In this document: positions 16,566 through 26,241 of the stretch, piece by piece
Numbering within the stretch: position 1 is the stretch's first letter
Layout of the letters: each line of letters opens with the position of its first letter
Source of the DNA: a virus
Virus record (IMG/VR): IMGVR_UViG_3300050505_000309
Coordinates: 26,764 to 90,763 of that record
Length of the DNA stretch: 64,000 nucleotides
Strand: one strand, 5' to 3'
Notes under the pieces: model-generated
Told to the model about the DNA's origin: nothing
Databases searched by the model: none
What the model saw: only the letters and a program-made list of their open reading frames with translations
Position numbers and translations under genes: made by a program

Positions 16566-16674
16566 GACCCGGCCCCCGGCTCATCACCGGAGTACGGCGG
16601 TTCTTTGGAGGCTCTGGACGGCCGCCGCCAGCTCCCTGCGAGCACCAAGCGCGGTTAATCGCACCTCTGTCCGC

Positions 16675-16944
16675 CTACCGGGCCTCATTCTTTGCCCAGA
16701 AGCCTGAACACTGCCCCGCGAACAGGTGCCGGATCCCGTTGATCTCTTTCGGCACCATCGGGATCAGGGTATCGAGCGTCGGTTGCCAGGCCTTGTCGCC
16801 GACGTGGATCTCGTGCAGGAGCCAGATCGGACAGCCCACCTCGTAGCCGAGCCGCTCGTAGTCCGCATCGTTCCAGTACTGGCAGTTGTGGCAGTACTTC
16901 TCCTGGTACATCATCCCCTCGGTGCCGTTGGAGAAGTACGCCAT
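16675..16944 (-). CDS. phage hypothetical Cys-rich protein (89 aa)
   Basis: MAYFSNGTEG...YCHNC...CP...C pattern; TGATG overlap. Confidence 0.75.
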   Translation of the reverse strand: MAYFSNGTEGMMYQEKYCHNCQYWNDADYERLGYEVGCPIWLLHEIHVGDKAWQPTLDTLIPMVPKEINGIRHLFAGQCSGFWAKNEAR

Positions 16945-17402
16945 CAGGCGTACAGGCCATCGACCGCGAGTAGGTCACACATCGTCAGATCGAACACGCG
17001 GAGCAGCCGGAGCCGCCCGCGCGGGACCGGATCACGTAGGATGTGCGCGGGCTCCTGATCATGCCAGTAGCGGTAGTCGGGGTCGCGTGGATTCGTGTTC
17101 ATGCTGTGGAACACATCTACGGTGCGCCCAGCGAACGAGACGCGCTCGGACGGGTCGTACGTGATCTCGATCTCGACGATCCGATCCGTTCCCTTGCCGA
17201 CCCCATGGAACATGAGATCGCCAAAGAGCACGCGCCCCGTGTGTGCCCGGACCCACATGAAGATGCCGTAGAGCGGAACCATCGGTCGTCCGTGTTGCTT
17301 GAGGGCGTCCAGGATCTCCTGCTTGCGGAGATCGTATGGCCGGAGTCCGTCGACGTCGATCTTGAGCCAGTTCTCCCAGGACGTGTAGTGGTAGCCCTTC
17401 AC
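16944..17402 (-). CDS. hypothetical protein with ART-fold-like N-terminal motif
   Basis: GYHYTSWENWLKIDVDGLRP; GTGA overlap. Confidence 0.6.
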   Translation of the reverse strand: MKGYHYTSWENWLKIDVDGLRPYDLRKQEILDALKQHGRPMVPLYGIFMWVRAHTGRVLFGDLMFHGVGKGTDRIVEIEITYDPSERVSFAGRTVDVFHSMNTNPRDPDYRYWHDQEPAHILRDPVPRGRLRLLRVFDLTMCDLLAVDGLYA

Positions 17403-17797
17403 CGAATGCGCTCCCCCTCGGCCTTCGTATCGTAGTGATACCGCCGCCGCCAGGAGAACTGACACTGCCCGCAACCGTGGTTCTCGATATGCTCGTAGAT
17501 CCGGACCTCGGGGCCGTAGCTCCGCTGGTGCAGCAGGAGATAGAACCACGGACGCAGCGGCAGCACCGGCTGGCCGTAACGGTCGAGGCTCCAGACGACG
17601 CCGCAGTCGGAACCGCCGATCGCGTGGAAGCGCCGCCAGTGAAAGAGCAGGCACCACGTCCGCCGCAGCCACCGCGGCCCCCAACCGAGCGGCCGCTGCC
17701 ATCGCCACGTGCTTCCCACATCGAACCACACCTCAAGCCACCGATCGTACGTCGCGAACCGGAGCTGGATCCGCCACCACGCAAACCGCAGCCTCAC
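17399..17797 (-). CDS. Trp/Arg-rich hypothetical protein (132 aa)
   Basis: ATGA overlap with the HerA-like gene stop. Confidence 0.55.
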   Translation of the reverse strand: MRLRFAWWRIQLRFATYDRWLEVWFDVGSTWRWQRPLGWGPRWLRRTWCLLFHWRRFHAIGGSDCGVVWSLDRYGQPVLPLRPWFYLLLHQRSYGPEVRIYEHIENHGCGQCQFSWRRRYHYDTKAEGERIR

Positions 17798-19542
17798 AAG
17801 AAGAACTCCTCGGAGGCGCGCAGCCCCGCCCCGCGTACCTCGACGACGTAGTTGAGCCGGGTGAGCTTGGCGAACGCGGTCGACGTGGGTCCGGACGAGG
17901 CGTAGCCCGCCTTCTCGAGGATCGTGCCCTTCATCAGCGGCTCCGGATAGGCGTCGAAGAGCACGCGGAGCATGGTGCTCTCCATTCGGCTCATCTTGCC
18001 CAGCACGTACTCCTGGAGCTCGCGGCCGGTGGGCAGGGGCTCGAAGTCGCCGAGCGCGGCCAAGCCCGACGTGGTGACGACCAGCCGCCCGTCAGCCGTG
18101 GTCGCCATCCAGCCGTCGCCCGAGAGCCGGGCGAAGCACGTCGACGTCGGCCCGCTCGAGGCATAGCCCGCGTGGATCAGGAGTTGGCCCTTGGTCAGCC
18201 CGGCCGGGTGCTGGGCCAGCGCGGTCAGGAAGCGGCGCTCCATCTGGGGTAGGCCGCCCGGCTGCCGTGGAGCGGCCCGCCGCGTCAGGGCCTTCGCCTC
18301 CGGCACCCAGGGGCTCGGTCGCGGTCCCGCCGTGCCCCCGTAGCTCACCGGAGACTCGCCCCGCACCAGCCCGGGACCGGCCTGGGGACGCAGCCCGGAG
18401 GCCGCCGCCCGCACTTCGCGGAGCAGGTCGTGGGTCGAGCCCAGGACCTCCGTCAAGACCTTGATCGAACGCTCGTTGAGGATCTCGGCCTTGCTCACCG
18501 CCGCCTCCAGACGCTTGACGTGCCCGTCCTTGAAGATCGGCACCTCGACGCGCGTCGGTGTTGCGAGTTTCGCAACAGGCTGGGGCGGTTTGCGCAACGC
18601 CGCTTCCAGCTCGGCGATCCGCCGGCGGAGCTCGCGGGGATCCTCGGCCTTGGCCTTCTCGATCGTGGCCGCCATCCGCTTCTTCACGACCGCGAGGTCG
18701 ATGTCAGCGAGCGTCGCCGGGGCCTTGGTCGACTCACCCACCTTCGGCGTGGCCCCGGAGTCGAACGTCGCCCGGAGGCGGAAGTGGACCTTCTCGGTGC
18801 GCTGGAGAAAGTGCGGGCTCCAGACCCAGGCCTCGCCATCTCCCAGCTTCGCGAGGCTCGAGAGAATCGCCTCGCTCTGCTGGTGGTACTTCACCCACTC
18901 CTTGATGGCAGCGATGTCCTGCGGGCCGGTGGTCCGCATCGCGATCAACGTCTGGACCTGGGTGAGCACGTTCTTGTTGATCGAGGCCGACCGCTGGGTG
19001 ATGAGCGTGATCCCGAGCCCGCGCCCGCGGCCGCGCCGGACGATGTTCTCCCAGGCCCGGAGGAGCTGGGCCTCATCGCGCATCGGCTTCTGCGGGATGT
19101 AGTCGTCGGCCTCCTCAAGGAAGAGATGGAGCGGAGCTTCGTTGCGCTGGTACAGCTCCCGCGCGAAGTCGAGCAGAAACGTCTTCTTGGCCCCCTCGGA
19201 CTCGAAGCTACTCAGGTCGAGCACGCAGGACAGGCGCTCGGTGACGATCAATTGGGCCATGAACGCCCCGCCGCCGCGCTCGAGCGGGACGTCGCCGTGA
19301 GGGCCGCCGAAGATCGGGATGGGGATCCCGGGGCCGGTGCCGTCGCGCGAGGCCCGGAGGCCCCACCAGGCCCGCACGGGATCGATGACGACGAACGGCA
19401 GCCCGGCGGCGAACATCTCCTCGGCCATGACGGCGGCGGTGTTGCTCTTCCCGGCTCCCCGCGCGGCCAGGATGCCGAAGGTCTCGGTCACGGCCTGCAT
19501 CGGCAGGTCGATTTTCGGTCCGAGCCGGAGCAGCCGGGTCAC
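17794..19542 (-). CDS. HerA/FtsK-like (DUF87) ATPase with tandem C-terminal winged helices
   Basis: Walker A ARGAGKS, VIDP, Walker B LFLEEAD, RRGRGRG, LITQR; duplicated AGYASSGPTSTxFAxL. Confidence 0.88.
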   Translation of the reverse strand: MTRLLRLGPKIDLPMQAVTETFGILAARGAGKSNTAAVMAEEMFAAGLPFVVIDPVRAWWGLRASRDGTGPGIPIPIFGGPHGDVPLERGGGAFMAQLIVTERLSCVLDLSSFESEGAKKTFLLDFARELYQRNEAPLHLFLEEADDYIPQKPMRDEAQLLRAWENIVRRGRGRGLGITLITQRSASINKNVLTQVQTLIAMRTTGPQDIAAIKEWVKYHQQSEAILSSLAKLGDGEAWVWSPHFLQRTEKVHFRLRATFDSGATPKVGESTKAPATLADIDLAVVKKRMAATIEKAKAEDPRELRRRIAELEAALRKPPQPVAKLATPTRVEVPIFKDGHVKRLEAAVSKAEILNERSIKVLTEVLGSTHDLLREVRAAASGLRPQAGPGLVRGESPVSYGGTAGPRPSPWVPEAKALTRRAAPRQPGGLPQMERRFLTALAQHPAGLTKGQLLIHAGYASSGPTSTCFARLSGDGWMATTADGRLVVTTSGLAALGDFEPLPTGRELQEYVLGKMSRMESTMLRVLFDAYPEPLMKGTILEKAGYASSGPTSTAFAKLTRLNYVVEVRGAGLRASEEFFL

Positions 19543-19874
19543 GACCGGTCCGCTTCGCGCTGGAAGCCCCGCGCGTCCATCTCCCGATCCCACTCGCGCC
19601 GGATCCACTCGACCACCTCGCGGTCGATGGCTCGCGGATTGGGGTGCGCGAGACCGAATCCCCGGATGAGGCCACCCAGGTGCACGAGTTCGAGGGCTTC
19701 GGACTCCACGAGCCCCACCTGACCGTACGGCCCCACGCCGATCTGAAGCATGCCCCAGCCCCGGACCGTGGGCGTCCCGCCGTTCTTGTACGTCAGCTCC
19801 GCGAGGCGCGCGCCGATGGAGGGACTGTCCTTGTCGGACGTCGCCGGCTGCGCCATCAGGTCATCGATGGTCAT
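19539..19874 (-). CDS. hypothetical protein (111 aa)
   Basis: GGAGG SD; coupled to the HerA-like gene. Confidence 0.65.
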   Translation of the reverse strand: MTIDDLMAQPATSDKDSPSIGARLAELTYKNGGTPTVRGWGMLQIGVGPYGQVGLVESEALELVHLGGLIRGFGLAHPNPRAIDREVVEWIRREWDREMDARGFQREADRS

Positions 19875-19890
19875 CGGGATCCTCCGCGGC

Positions 19891-22374
19891 TTAGGCGGCC
19901 GCGAGCGCGCCGTCACGGATCTCCACCTGGGCCTCAGCGAGGTCCAGCGCCGCCACATGGTGCGACACGAAGACCACGCGATCGAACCCCCCGAGCTTGA
20001 CCGCGCGGGCGAGGAGTCGGGTGTAGGCCGGCGCGCGGTCGACGTCGAGATTGGCCCCCACCTCGTCCCGGAAGAGCGTGTAGGAGCGCGTGCTCTCGGC
20101 CCGGCGGGCGTTGATCAGCGCGATGGCGAGCGAAATCGCCTCCGAGACCAGGACGCCCTCGCCGCCCGACAGATTCTCGACCTTCATGGGCGTGCCGTCG
20201 CGGTAGATCAGCACGTCGAGCACCTCGAGGACCTTTTTGTCGTCGGCCGAGGGCTTTTGCGTGACGAGCTGGATCGTGAAGAGCGCTTCCCCGAGGCAGT
20301 CGCGCAGCATGTCGGTGGCCAGCGCCGAGATCTCGGGCAACGCCTGGTCCACCAGCAGCGCGGGGATCCCGGCGGGGCTCAGGGCCTTGTTGAGGAGCGT
20401 CCAGTCGTCCAGATCGGTCTGGAGCGGGCCGATCTGGGTGCGGGCGTCGTCCAGCCGCACCTGGACCTCGTCGAGGGCCTGGAGCTTCATCTGGACCACC
20501 CCGGATTCGCGCGTCAGTGTCGTCACGATGGTCTGGGCCTCGCGCACGGCTGCCGCACCGCGCAGCACCGCCGTGTCGCCCCCGACGACGGCCGCAGTGA
20601 TCTTCGGGAGGTCCGCGAGCGCGGCGTCGGCGACAGCTAACCGCCCGCTGCGCTCCACCAGCTCCTCCCGGAGCACGACGATCTCCTGATCCTTGGCCTG
20701 CGCGGTCGCCAGATGCGCCTCCAGGGTCCGGGCGACGGCGACGAGGGGCGTCAGGATCTCGAGCGCGGTCCGGAGCGGCTTCAAGCGGGCCACCTCGGCG
20801 GCCAAATCGGTCCGGCGCGTGCGTTTGTCCTCCCGACGCCGGTTGAGCGCGTCCGCGCGGTCGTGGAGACCGTCCACGCGGGTGCGGGCCATCTCGAGCG
20901 CGACGCTCTTGGCCGCCAGCGCGCCCAGCGCCGCCCGGGAGGCCTTCAGTTGCTCAATTCTGGCCTTGAGTTGCGGCGCAAGCGGCACCGGCTCCGTTCG
21001 GTCCTCGCCGACGTCGGCCTGGAGCTGTGTGACGCGTGCGGTCGCCTCCGGTAGGCGCGTCCGCGCCGCGTCCGCGTTGACCAGGAACCGACAGCGGGCA
21101 AAATCCCCGGATCCCCCGCACGGGACGGTCTCGATGGTCGCCGCCGCCTCCTGATCGGCCGCCAGGGCGCGCGCCTCTTGTTGCCACGCCATTTTCTGAA
21201 CAAGCCAGTCCCGATACGCACTTAGAGCCGCTGAATCGGCAGTCATTTGGACGTCGTAGGCTCCGGCGGCCTGCTCGAGCTCCTGATCGAGGCCCCGGAT
21301 CTCCTCCACCGCCGCCTCGATCTCAGCCCGGCGCGCCAGGAGCGCTGTATCCGCGTTGGCGTCCCGGATGACCCCTTCCAACTCGGTTTCGATCTCCAAC
21401 AACTCGGCCTCGACCCCGGGGAGCTGCGTTTCCGCAGGCGCGAGGCCCGCGATCTCCCCCAGGAGCTTCTCGCGCTCGGCTGGCGCGTGCGCCGCTCGGT
21501 TGGCCCGCGCGATGGCCTCCTGGGCGGCCGCGATCTCGGCCGCGAGGGCGGTTTCGCGCCGCCGGAGCCGGGTGATTTCAGCGACCAGGACGTCGTGCTG
21601 CTGCTGGTGAGGGATGAGCGCCTTCTTGGCCTCCCGCGCCTCCTGGAGCGCCACCTGGGCCTCCTGGTGGTCTGCCTGCGCCCGTTCGAGCACGACGGTG
21701 GCCTCGGCGAGACGGCGGTTGACCGAGGCAACGAGGTCCTCGGTGCCCGGGCGGCGCGCGAGCTCGGATTCCCACTGCCGGGCAAGGCTCTGGAGGCCGT
21801 TGAGCCGCGTTTCGGTCGCCTTGATCTTGTCCTTGACCCCCGCCTGCCACATCCCGAAGCTCGAGAGGCCCAGCAGGTCGGCCATGACCCCGCGCCGGGC
21901 CGCGCGGTCGGCCAGGAGGAACGTGAGCGCGTTCTTGCCCGAGGTGTAGGACTGCTGGGTGGTGTAGGCCGAGCAGAGGAAGAGGTCGAGCGGCCCGAGG
22001 AGCTTCCCGATCTCGGCCAGATAGTTCCGCTGGAGCGGCCCCGCGAGGGCTGGCCCGCCTTCGGCCGGGTAGAGCACGGCCTCCGTGCGCCCGGCCTCGG
22101 GATCGACGTTGATCCGGCTCCGGTACCGCTTGCCGCCCGGCTCCCGGCTCCAGATGACGTCGATGTACCCGCGGGTCGCGAACTGCGCGTGCAGCGGCTC
22201 CGGCCGGTAGGGCATCTGGAGGTAGAAGGCGGCCACCAGCGTGTCGAGGAAGGTCGTCTTGCCGGAGCCGTTCTTGCCCCGGACCCCCACGACGGCCGGA
22301 AGGCGGTCGAAGTCGACGACAATCTCGTCCGGGAAGGCGACGGTCCCGGCGTGGCGGTAGTGATGCAGGATCAC
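19891..22374 (-). CDS. sbcC: SbcC/Rad50-like SMC ATPase
   Basis: Walker A GKNGSGKT, long coiled coils, central Cys pair (PCGG...ARC), LSGGE signature, FRDE Walker B, FVSH H-loop. Confidence 0.93.
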   Translation of the reverse strand: MILHHYRHAGTVAFPDEIVVDFDRLPAVVGVRGKNGSGKTTFLDTLVAAFYLQMPYRPEPLHAQFATRGYIDVIWSREPGGKRYRSRINVDPEAGRTEAVLYPAEGGPALAGPLQRNYLAEIGKLLGPLDLFLCSAYTTQQSYTSGKNALTFLLADRAARRGVMADLLGLSSFGMWQAGVKDKIKATETRLNGLQSLARQWESELARRPGTEDLVASVNRRLAEATVVLERAQADHQEAQVALQEAREAKKALIPHQQQHDVLVAEITRLRRRETALAAEIAAAQEAIARANRAAHAPAEREKLLGEIAGLAPAETQLPGVEAELLEIETELEGVIRDANADTALLARRAEIEAAVEEIRGLDQELEQAAGAYDVQMTADSAALSAYRDWLVQKMAWQQEARALAADQEAAATIETVPCGGSGDFARCRFLVNADAARTRLPEATARVTQLQADVGEDRTEPVPLAPQLKARIEQLKASRAALGALAAKSVALEMARTRVDGLHDRADALNRRREDKRTRRTDLAAEVARLKPLRTALEILTPLVAVARTLEAHLATAQAKDQEIVVLREELVERSGRLAVADAALADLPKITAAVVGGDTAVLRGAAAVREAQTIVTTLTRESGVVQMKLQALDEVQVRLDDARTQIGPLQTDLDDWTLLNKALSPAGIPALLVDQALPEISALATDMLRDCLGEALFTIQLVTQKPSADDKKVLEVLDVLIYRDGTPMKVENLSGGEGVLVSEAISLAIALINARRAESTRSYTLFRDEVGANLDVDRAPAYTRLLARAVKLGGFDRVVFVSHHVAALDLAEAQVEIRDGALAAA

Positions 22375-22694
22375 AGGTAGCCTCGAGCGATCCACCCGAT
22401 CAGGACGGCAAGCAGCGGCCGCACGAACGGGGTGAGGACGCGGACGAACTCCTTTTCCTCGGGATCCTTCGGCCCGACGAGCCCGCGCTGCCCGAGGATG
22501 ACGGCGACCAGGGCGGTCAGGCCGATCCCCATCGGGATCGACAGGGGCGGCGCGCCAGCGAACGGCACGGCGTACCAGTTCCAGAGCAGCGTGAGCGCCC
22601 AGCCGTGAACGAGCACGTTGGCGAGCACGACCGCCCCCGCGACGGCGAAGACTCCGGCGAACACGATCACGGTGACGAGGATCTTGGTCATCAT
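22371..22694 (-). CDS. membrane protein (107 aa, 3 TM)
   Basis: Hydrophobic helices; coupled. Confidence 0.75.
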   Translation of the reverse strand: MMTKILVTVIVFAGVFAVAGAVVLANVLVHGWALTLLWNWYAVPFAGAPPLSIPMGIGLTALVAVILGQRGLVGPKDPEEKEFVRVLTPFVRPLLAVLIGWIARGYL

Positions 22695-22870
22695 CCCGAT
22701 TGCGCCTTGCGGATCTGCCCCACGAGATCCAGGAGATGGAGCGCGAGCTTCGCCGCCTTGTCCGCGTCGAGACCGAAGCTCTTGATCTTCCGCGTGAAGA
22801 CGAACGTGACCGACGGCCCCTCGATGGGGTGCTGGGTGAGCTTGATGTCGATGTCGATCGGCCGAGGCAT
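22691..22870 (-). CDS. hypothetical protein (59 aa)
   Basis: Coupled overlaps on both sides. Confidence 0.55.
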   Translation of the reverse strand: MPRPIDIDIKLTQHPIEGPSVTFVFTRKIKSFGLDADKAAKLALHLLDLVGQIRKAQSG

Positions 22871-23136
22871 CAGCGGAAGAACACCGCCGGAATGGCTGCC
22901 GGGACGTTGGCCCGCCGAGCGAAGCCCTGCGCTACCAGCGCGTCCATCGTCTCCAGGAGATCGGGCGGGGCGTCGAAGTGGAACATCTTGTAGGTCGGGC
23001 GGCCGGAGAGACACGCCGCGCAGTCGCAGAGCGGCTGTGGAAGGCGCGCGCAGTGCCCGCACCGGCGGCAGATCCGCTCGCGGAAGTTCGAGGGGAGATG
23101 GCACCACGGGCAGTTGTCGCTGATCATCAGGTTCAT
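22870..23136 (-). CDS. Cys-rich Zn-finger protein (88 aa)
   Basis: CPWC...CRRCGHC...CDCAAC. Confidence 0.6.
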   Translation of the reverse strand: MNLMISDNCPWCHLPSNFRERICRRCGHCARLPQPLCDCAACLSGRPTYKMFHFDAPPDLLETMDALVAQGFARRANVPAAIPAVFFR

Positions 23137-24239
23137 CCCTGAACCTCCTGGAGCTTCGCGAGCAGCCGTTCCACGCGCTCGGGCTCCATCGGCTGGTCGG
23201 TGGCACGCATCCACGAGAGGAGTTGATCCCCGGTGGTCATTGCCCGGGACACCTCGGGCGCGCGAACCCGCTGTTTCGGCCGGACGACCCGCTCCGGCTG
23301 CGGCATGTAGGCCGCGACCGCGCGGATCGGCTCGAGCACGGCCGGATCGTACCGCCCTGCCTGCTCGGCCTCCATCGACACCCGGATCTTGACCTCCTTG
23401 CCCTTGGCCTGCTGCACGACCGTCGCGATCCACGCGGCGGAGATCTCGTCCAGCTCCACCGCGAGATCGAGCATCGGCCGCGCCTCGGTCGTCCGGCGCT
23501 CCCATCGCAATGGCTCGCCGTGCCGCGCCTGGATGAGGACGTAGCTCTTCTCGTCCTCGGCTTCCGCGAAGGACGTGCGGTAGAGATCGCCGACGCCGAG
23601 GATGGTCGGCGTGACCTCCTGGGCGCGGTGGATGTGCCCCACCAGCGTGAGATCCGCGAGCGCGAAGGCGTCGACCGGCACCACGACCTCGTTGGCCTGG
23701 TGGAGCTCGAACTCGGTATCCCGCGTCGTCATGCCCTCGATCGTGAAGTGGCCGAGGACGACCAGCGGGAGCCGCTTGTCCAGGGCCGCCGCGTTCACGG
23801 TCGACCGGATCCGGTCCGCCGCCGCGCGCATGCTGCTCGCGATCGTGGTGTCGTCCAGGTCCTCGAACGGCCGGCGCTGGCGGACCGGGTAGGGCACCAG
23901 CAGCAGCCGGAGGGTGTCAAGCCCGACCATCTCGAAGGTCTCCCACGCGACGCGGATCAGCGGCGAGATGCCCTCGAAGAACGAGTACGCCTCGAAGTCC
24001 TCGTGGTTGCCCCGCACGATGAAGACCTGCCCGTCCTGGACCAGATCGAGCATGATGCCGATGAAGTCGGCGTACTCGCGGGGCGCGGGCTTGCCCTCGA
24101 ACACGTCGCCCAGGAAGACGAAGGCCTCGGCGTTCTGCTCGCGCGCATCCCGGATGGCGCGGTCGAGGACATAGAGCGCGTGCTCGTAGCGCGGCGAGGG
24201 GCGCGAGAGATGCAGATCCCCGAAGACGGCGACCTTCAT
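23133..24239 (-). CDS. sbcD: SbcD/Mre11-like metallophosphoesterase nuclease
   Basis: GDLH, LGDVFE, RGNHE, GHF and GHIH motifs. Confidence 0.93.
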   Translation of the reverse strand: MKVAVFGDLHLSRPSPRYEHALYVLDRAIRDAREQNAEAFVFLGDVFEGKPAPREYADFIGIMLDLVQDGQVFIVRGNHEDFEAYSFFEGISPLIRVAWETFEMVGLDTLRLLLVPYPVRQRRPFEDLDDTTIASSMRAAADRIRSTVNAAALDKRLPLVVLGHFTIEGMTTRDTEFELHQANEVVVPVDAFALADLTLVGHIHRAQEVTPTILGVGDLYRTSFAEAEDEKSYVLIQARHGEPLRWERRTTEARPMLDLAVELDEISAAWIATVVQQAKGKEVKIRVSMEAEQAGRYDPAVLEPIRAVAAYMPQPERVVRPKQRVRAPEVSRAMTTGDQLLSWMRATDQPMEPERVERLLAKLQEVQG

Positions 24240-24505
24240 GGAGCCTCCGGCCCTTGACGAGCGAGCGGCGCACGACGGAGCGCCTCACCGACGGGTGTCT
24301 CCTCATCCGAGAACACGTTCTGAATCCACCGCGCCAGCCGGAGGGCTGTCTCCTTGTTGAGCGTGATGCCGCGCCGGAGTTCCAGGCCCCCGTAGTCGTC
24401 GACCTGGGCGATCTCCCGCTCATCGTCCTCGGCATCGCGGAACACCGGGCGGTTCGCCTCGGCGAAATCTTCCAGTGCTTGGCTCCAGCGCTCGGCCTTG
24501 TTCAT
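24236..24505 (-). CDS. hypothetical protein (89 aa)
   Basis: ATGA overlaps on both sides. Confidence 0.6.
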   Translation of the reverse strand: MNKAERWSQALEDFAEANRPVFRDAEDDEREIAQVDDYGGLELRRGITLNKETALRLARWIQNVFSDEETPVGEALRRAPLARQGPEAP

Positions 24506-24999
24506 GTGCGCGCCAAGTACACGCAGGCGCAGGTATCCTTCGGGAACGGGCACTCGATGTAGTGGAATCCGAACGGCTCGAGCGTCCGCCCGCGGACCAC
24601 CGGCACGTCAATCTCCTTGATCTTGACCATCACGCCCTCATCGCGCCGGTGCGGCACGCGGACCTGCGTTGGGGGATACCACACGTACGGCGTTTTCGGC
24701 CCGTCCCCGTGTGGGAGCAGCGCGTGGCACAAGCCGTCCTGATACTGCTTCAAGGACGCGCCCACGACCAGCGCGTCCTTGAAGACCCGGCTCGTGCGCA
24801 TCTCGAACGCGATCTCGGTCGGCCCGGTCCACGTGTCCTCGCCGCTCCGGTACCGCGCCCGCACCGCCGCCTTGGCACACATGTCGGCTTTGTCTCGTTC
24901 CGCCCGGATGGTCGCCATGCGCCCTCGCGTGTTGCGGCGTCGAAATGCGTTGACCCCGAGCGGCACCCCGGGGATCCAGACGTTAAGGCTGCGGCCCAC
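24502..24999 (-). CDS. RusA-like Holliday junction resolvase (divergent)
   Basis: IPGVPLGVN N-terminus, GPTEIAFE strand, KQYQDGL and GVMVKIKEI; fold pattern only. Confidence 0.5.
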   Translation of the reverse strand: MGRSLNVWIPGVPLGVNAFRRRNTRGRMATIRAERDKADMCAKAAVRARYRSGEDTWTGPTEIAFEMRTSRVFKDALVVGASLKQYQDGLCHALLPHGDGPKTPYVWYPPTQVRVPHRRDEGVMVKIKEIDVPVVRGRTLEPFGFHYIECPFPKDTCACVYLART

Positions 25000-25297
25000 G
25001 TCCGAGCTTCGAGATCGCGCGGGCAAACCCCTCAAGATCCTGGACGGGCTCCCCACGCGGGTACTTCTGCAAGAGCGCGACGATGCCGCCGAGTCGCTGG
25101 ACGGCGTCCGCGAGGAAGGCCCGCACGCCCTGGCGCTCCATCCGGAGCATGATGTTGTCCTCCCGCTCCAGCTCGCGCATGCGCCAGAGGGCTTCCTGGG
25201 TCGCACGCGGACCGGGCTGGAGCAGGGAGTCGATGGTCTTCCGCAGGAGCTTGACCTCGGCTTCCAGCGCGGCCAGCCGCGTCCGGTCGGAAGCCAC
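24983..25297 (-). CDS. hypothetical helical protein (104 aa)
   Basis: TAGTG overlap with upstream stop. Confidence 0.55.
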   Translation of the reverse strand: MASDRTRLAALEAEVKLLRKTIDSLLQPGPRATQEALWRMRELEREDNIMLRMERQGVRAFLADAVQRLGGIVALLQKYPRGEPVQDLEGFARAISKLGRGPQP

Positions 25298-26241
25298 TAG
25301 AACGGGATCCCGCCCCGCTTCCCTGCCGCCTCCGCCGGGTGCGGCGGCTCGTCCACGCGCTCGGCCTTGCCGTCGATCACCGTCCCGCCAGTCGTGCCGG
25401 GCGCGCCCGCATGCGTGCCGTTGCTGGACGGCGTCTCCTCGGCTTCCTCCGGTACGAGGCCGCGCTGCTTCATCTGGTCCCCGAACGCGGTCGCGATGGC
25501 CCGCGCGGACTGCATCTCCGGGTAACTCAGTTTCCGTCCGAGGCGAAGCGTCACGGCCTTGTACGCGGTGCCGCCCTTGTTCCGGGCGTCCTGGAGCCCG
25601 ATCTCGGTGCACTGGCTCAGGAGGGTCAGGTTGGCCTTCCGGACCTGCACGGCGAAGTCCGAGAAGGGCTTGATCGCCGTCGGTGGGAACGAGAGCAGCG
25701 TCGGAATGTCCTCAAGCGTCCCGTTGATGTCCCGCAGGAGGAACGTGTTCACGCGTTGCTTGCACGCCTGCCCCGGGCCGCCCGCCTGCCCCGAATCGTC
25801 CTTGCCGGACCCGAACTGCGCCTGCGGACACTCCGCGCAGTGTGGGGCCTGCCGTCCGGGACCGTTCAGCGGCGTGATGCCGTCCGGGGATGAGCACGTC
25901 GGCGGGTTGTTCGCGATCGGGTCGCCGATCGGCCAGTAGGCGCGCACCACCTGTTTATGGACGACGACCGCTGTGATGGTCGGCACGTACTCGGGCTTCT
26001 GCGCCCCCGGGATCTCGAACACCCCCGCGCCCGACGTCGGGTACTTGATCCGCGGGAACGTGATCGTAAGCCCGTCCGTCGTCCCCGCCTGCTCCGCGCG
26101 GAAGAAGTCGATGGCCGCCGAGCGTTCGTCCTGGGGCATCGCATCCCAATCTTCCTGGGAGATGGTGCCTGCGACGAGCGTGGGCACGATCTTCTCGAGC
26201 GCGAGATTCTTCGTAGGGGCGTGCTTGACGAGGTTGCTCAT
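25297..26241 (-). CDS. putative ssDNA-binding/recombination protein with Zn site and IPF C-terminus
   Basis: RAYWP, PPTCSSPDG, CAECPQAQFGS, ACKQ; ends GGIPF; sits in recombination operon. Confidence 0.6.
   Translation of the reverse strand: MSNLVKHAPTKNLALEKIVPTLVAGTISQEDWDAMPQDERSAAIDFFRAEQAGTTDGLTITFPRIKYPTSGAGVFEIPGAQKPEYVPTITAVVVHKQVVRAYWPIGDPIANNPPTCSSPDGITPLNGPGRQAPHCAECPQAQFGSGKDDSGQAGGPGQACKQRVNTFLLRDINGTLEDIPTLLSFPPTAIKPFSDFAVQVRKANLTLLSQCTEIGLQDARNKGGTAYKAVTLRLGRKLSYPEMQSARAIATAFGDQMKQRGLVPEEAEETPSSNGTHAGAPGTTGGTVIDGKAERVDEPPHPAEAAGKRGGIPF

Noticed and set aside
16580-16688. 34-aa minus-strand ORF (MRPGRRTEV...)
   Set aside because: Short, with no motif or clear SD; cannot be supported
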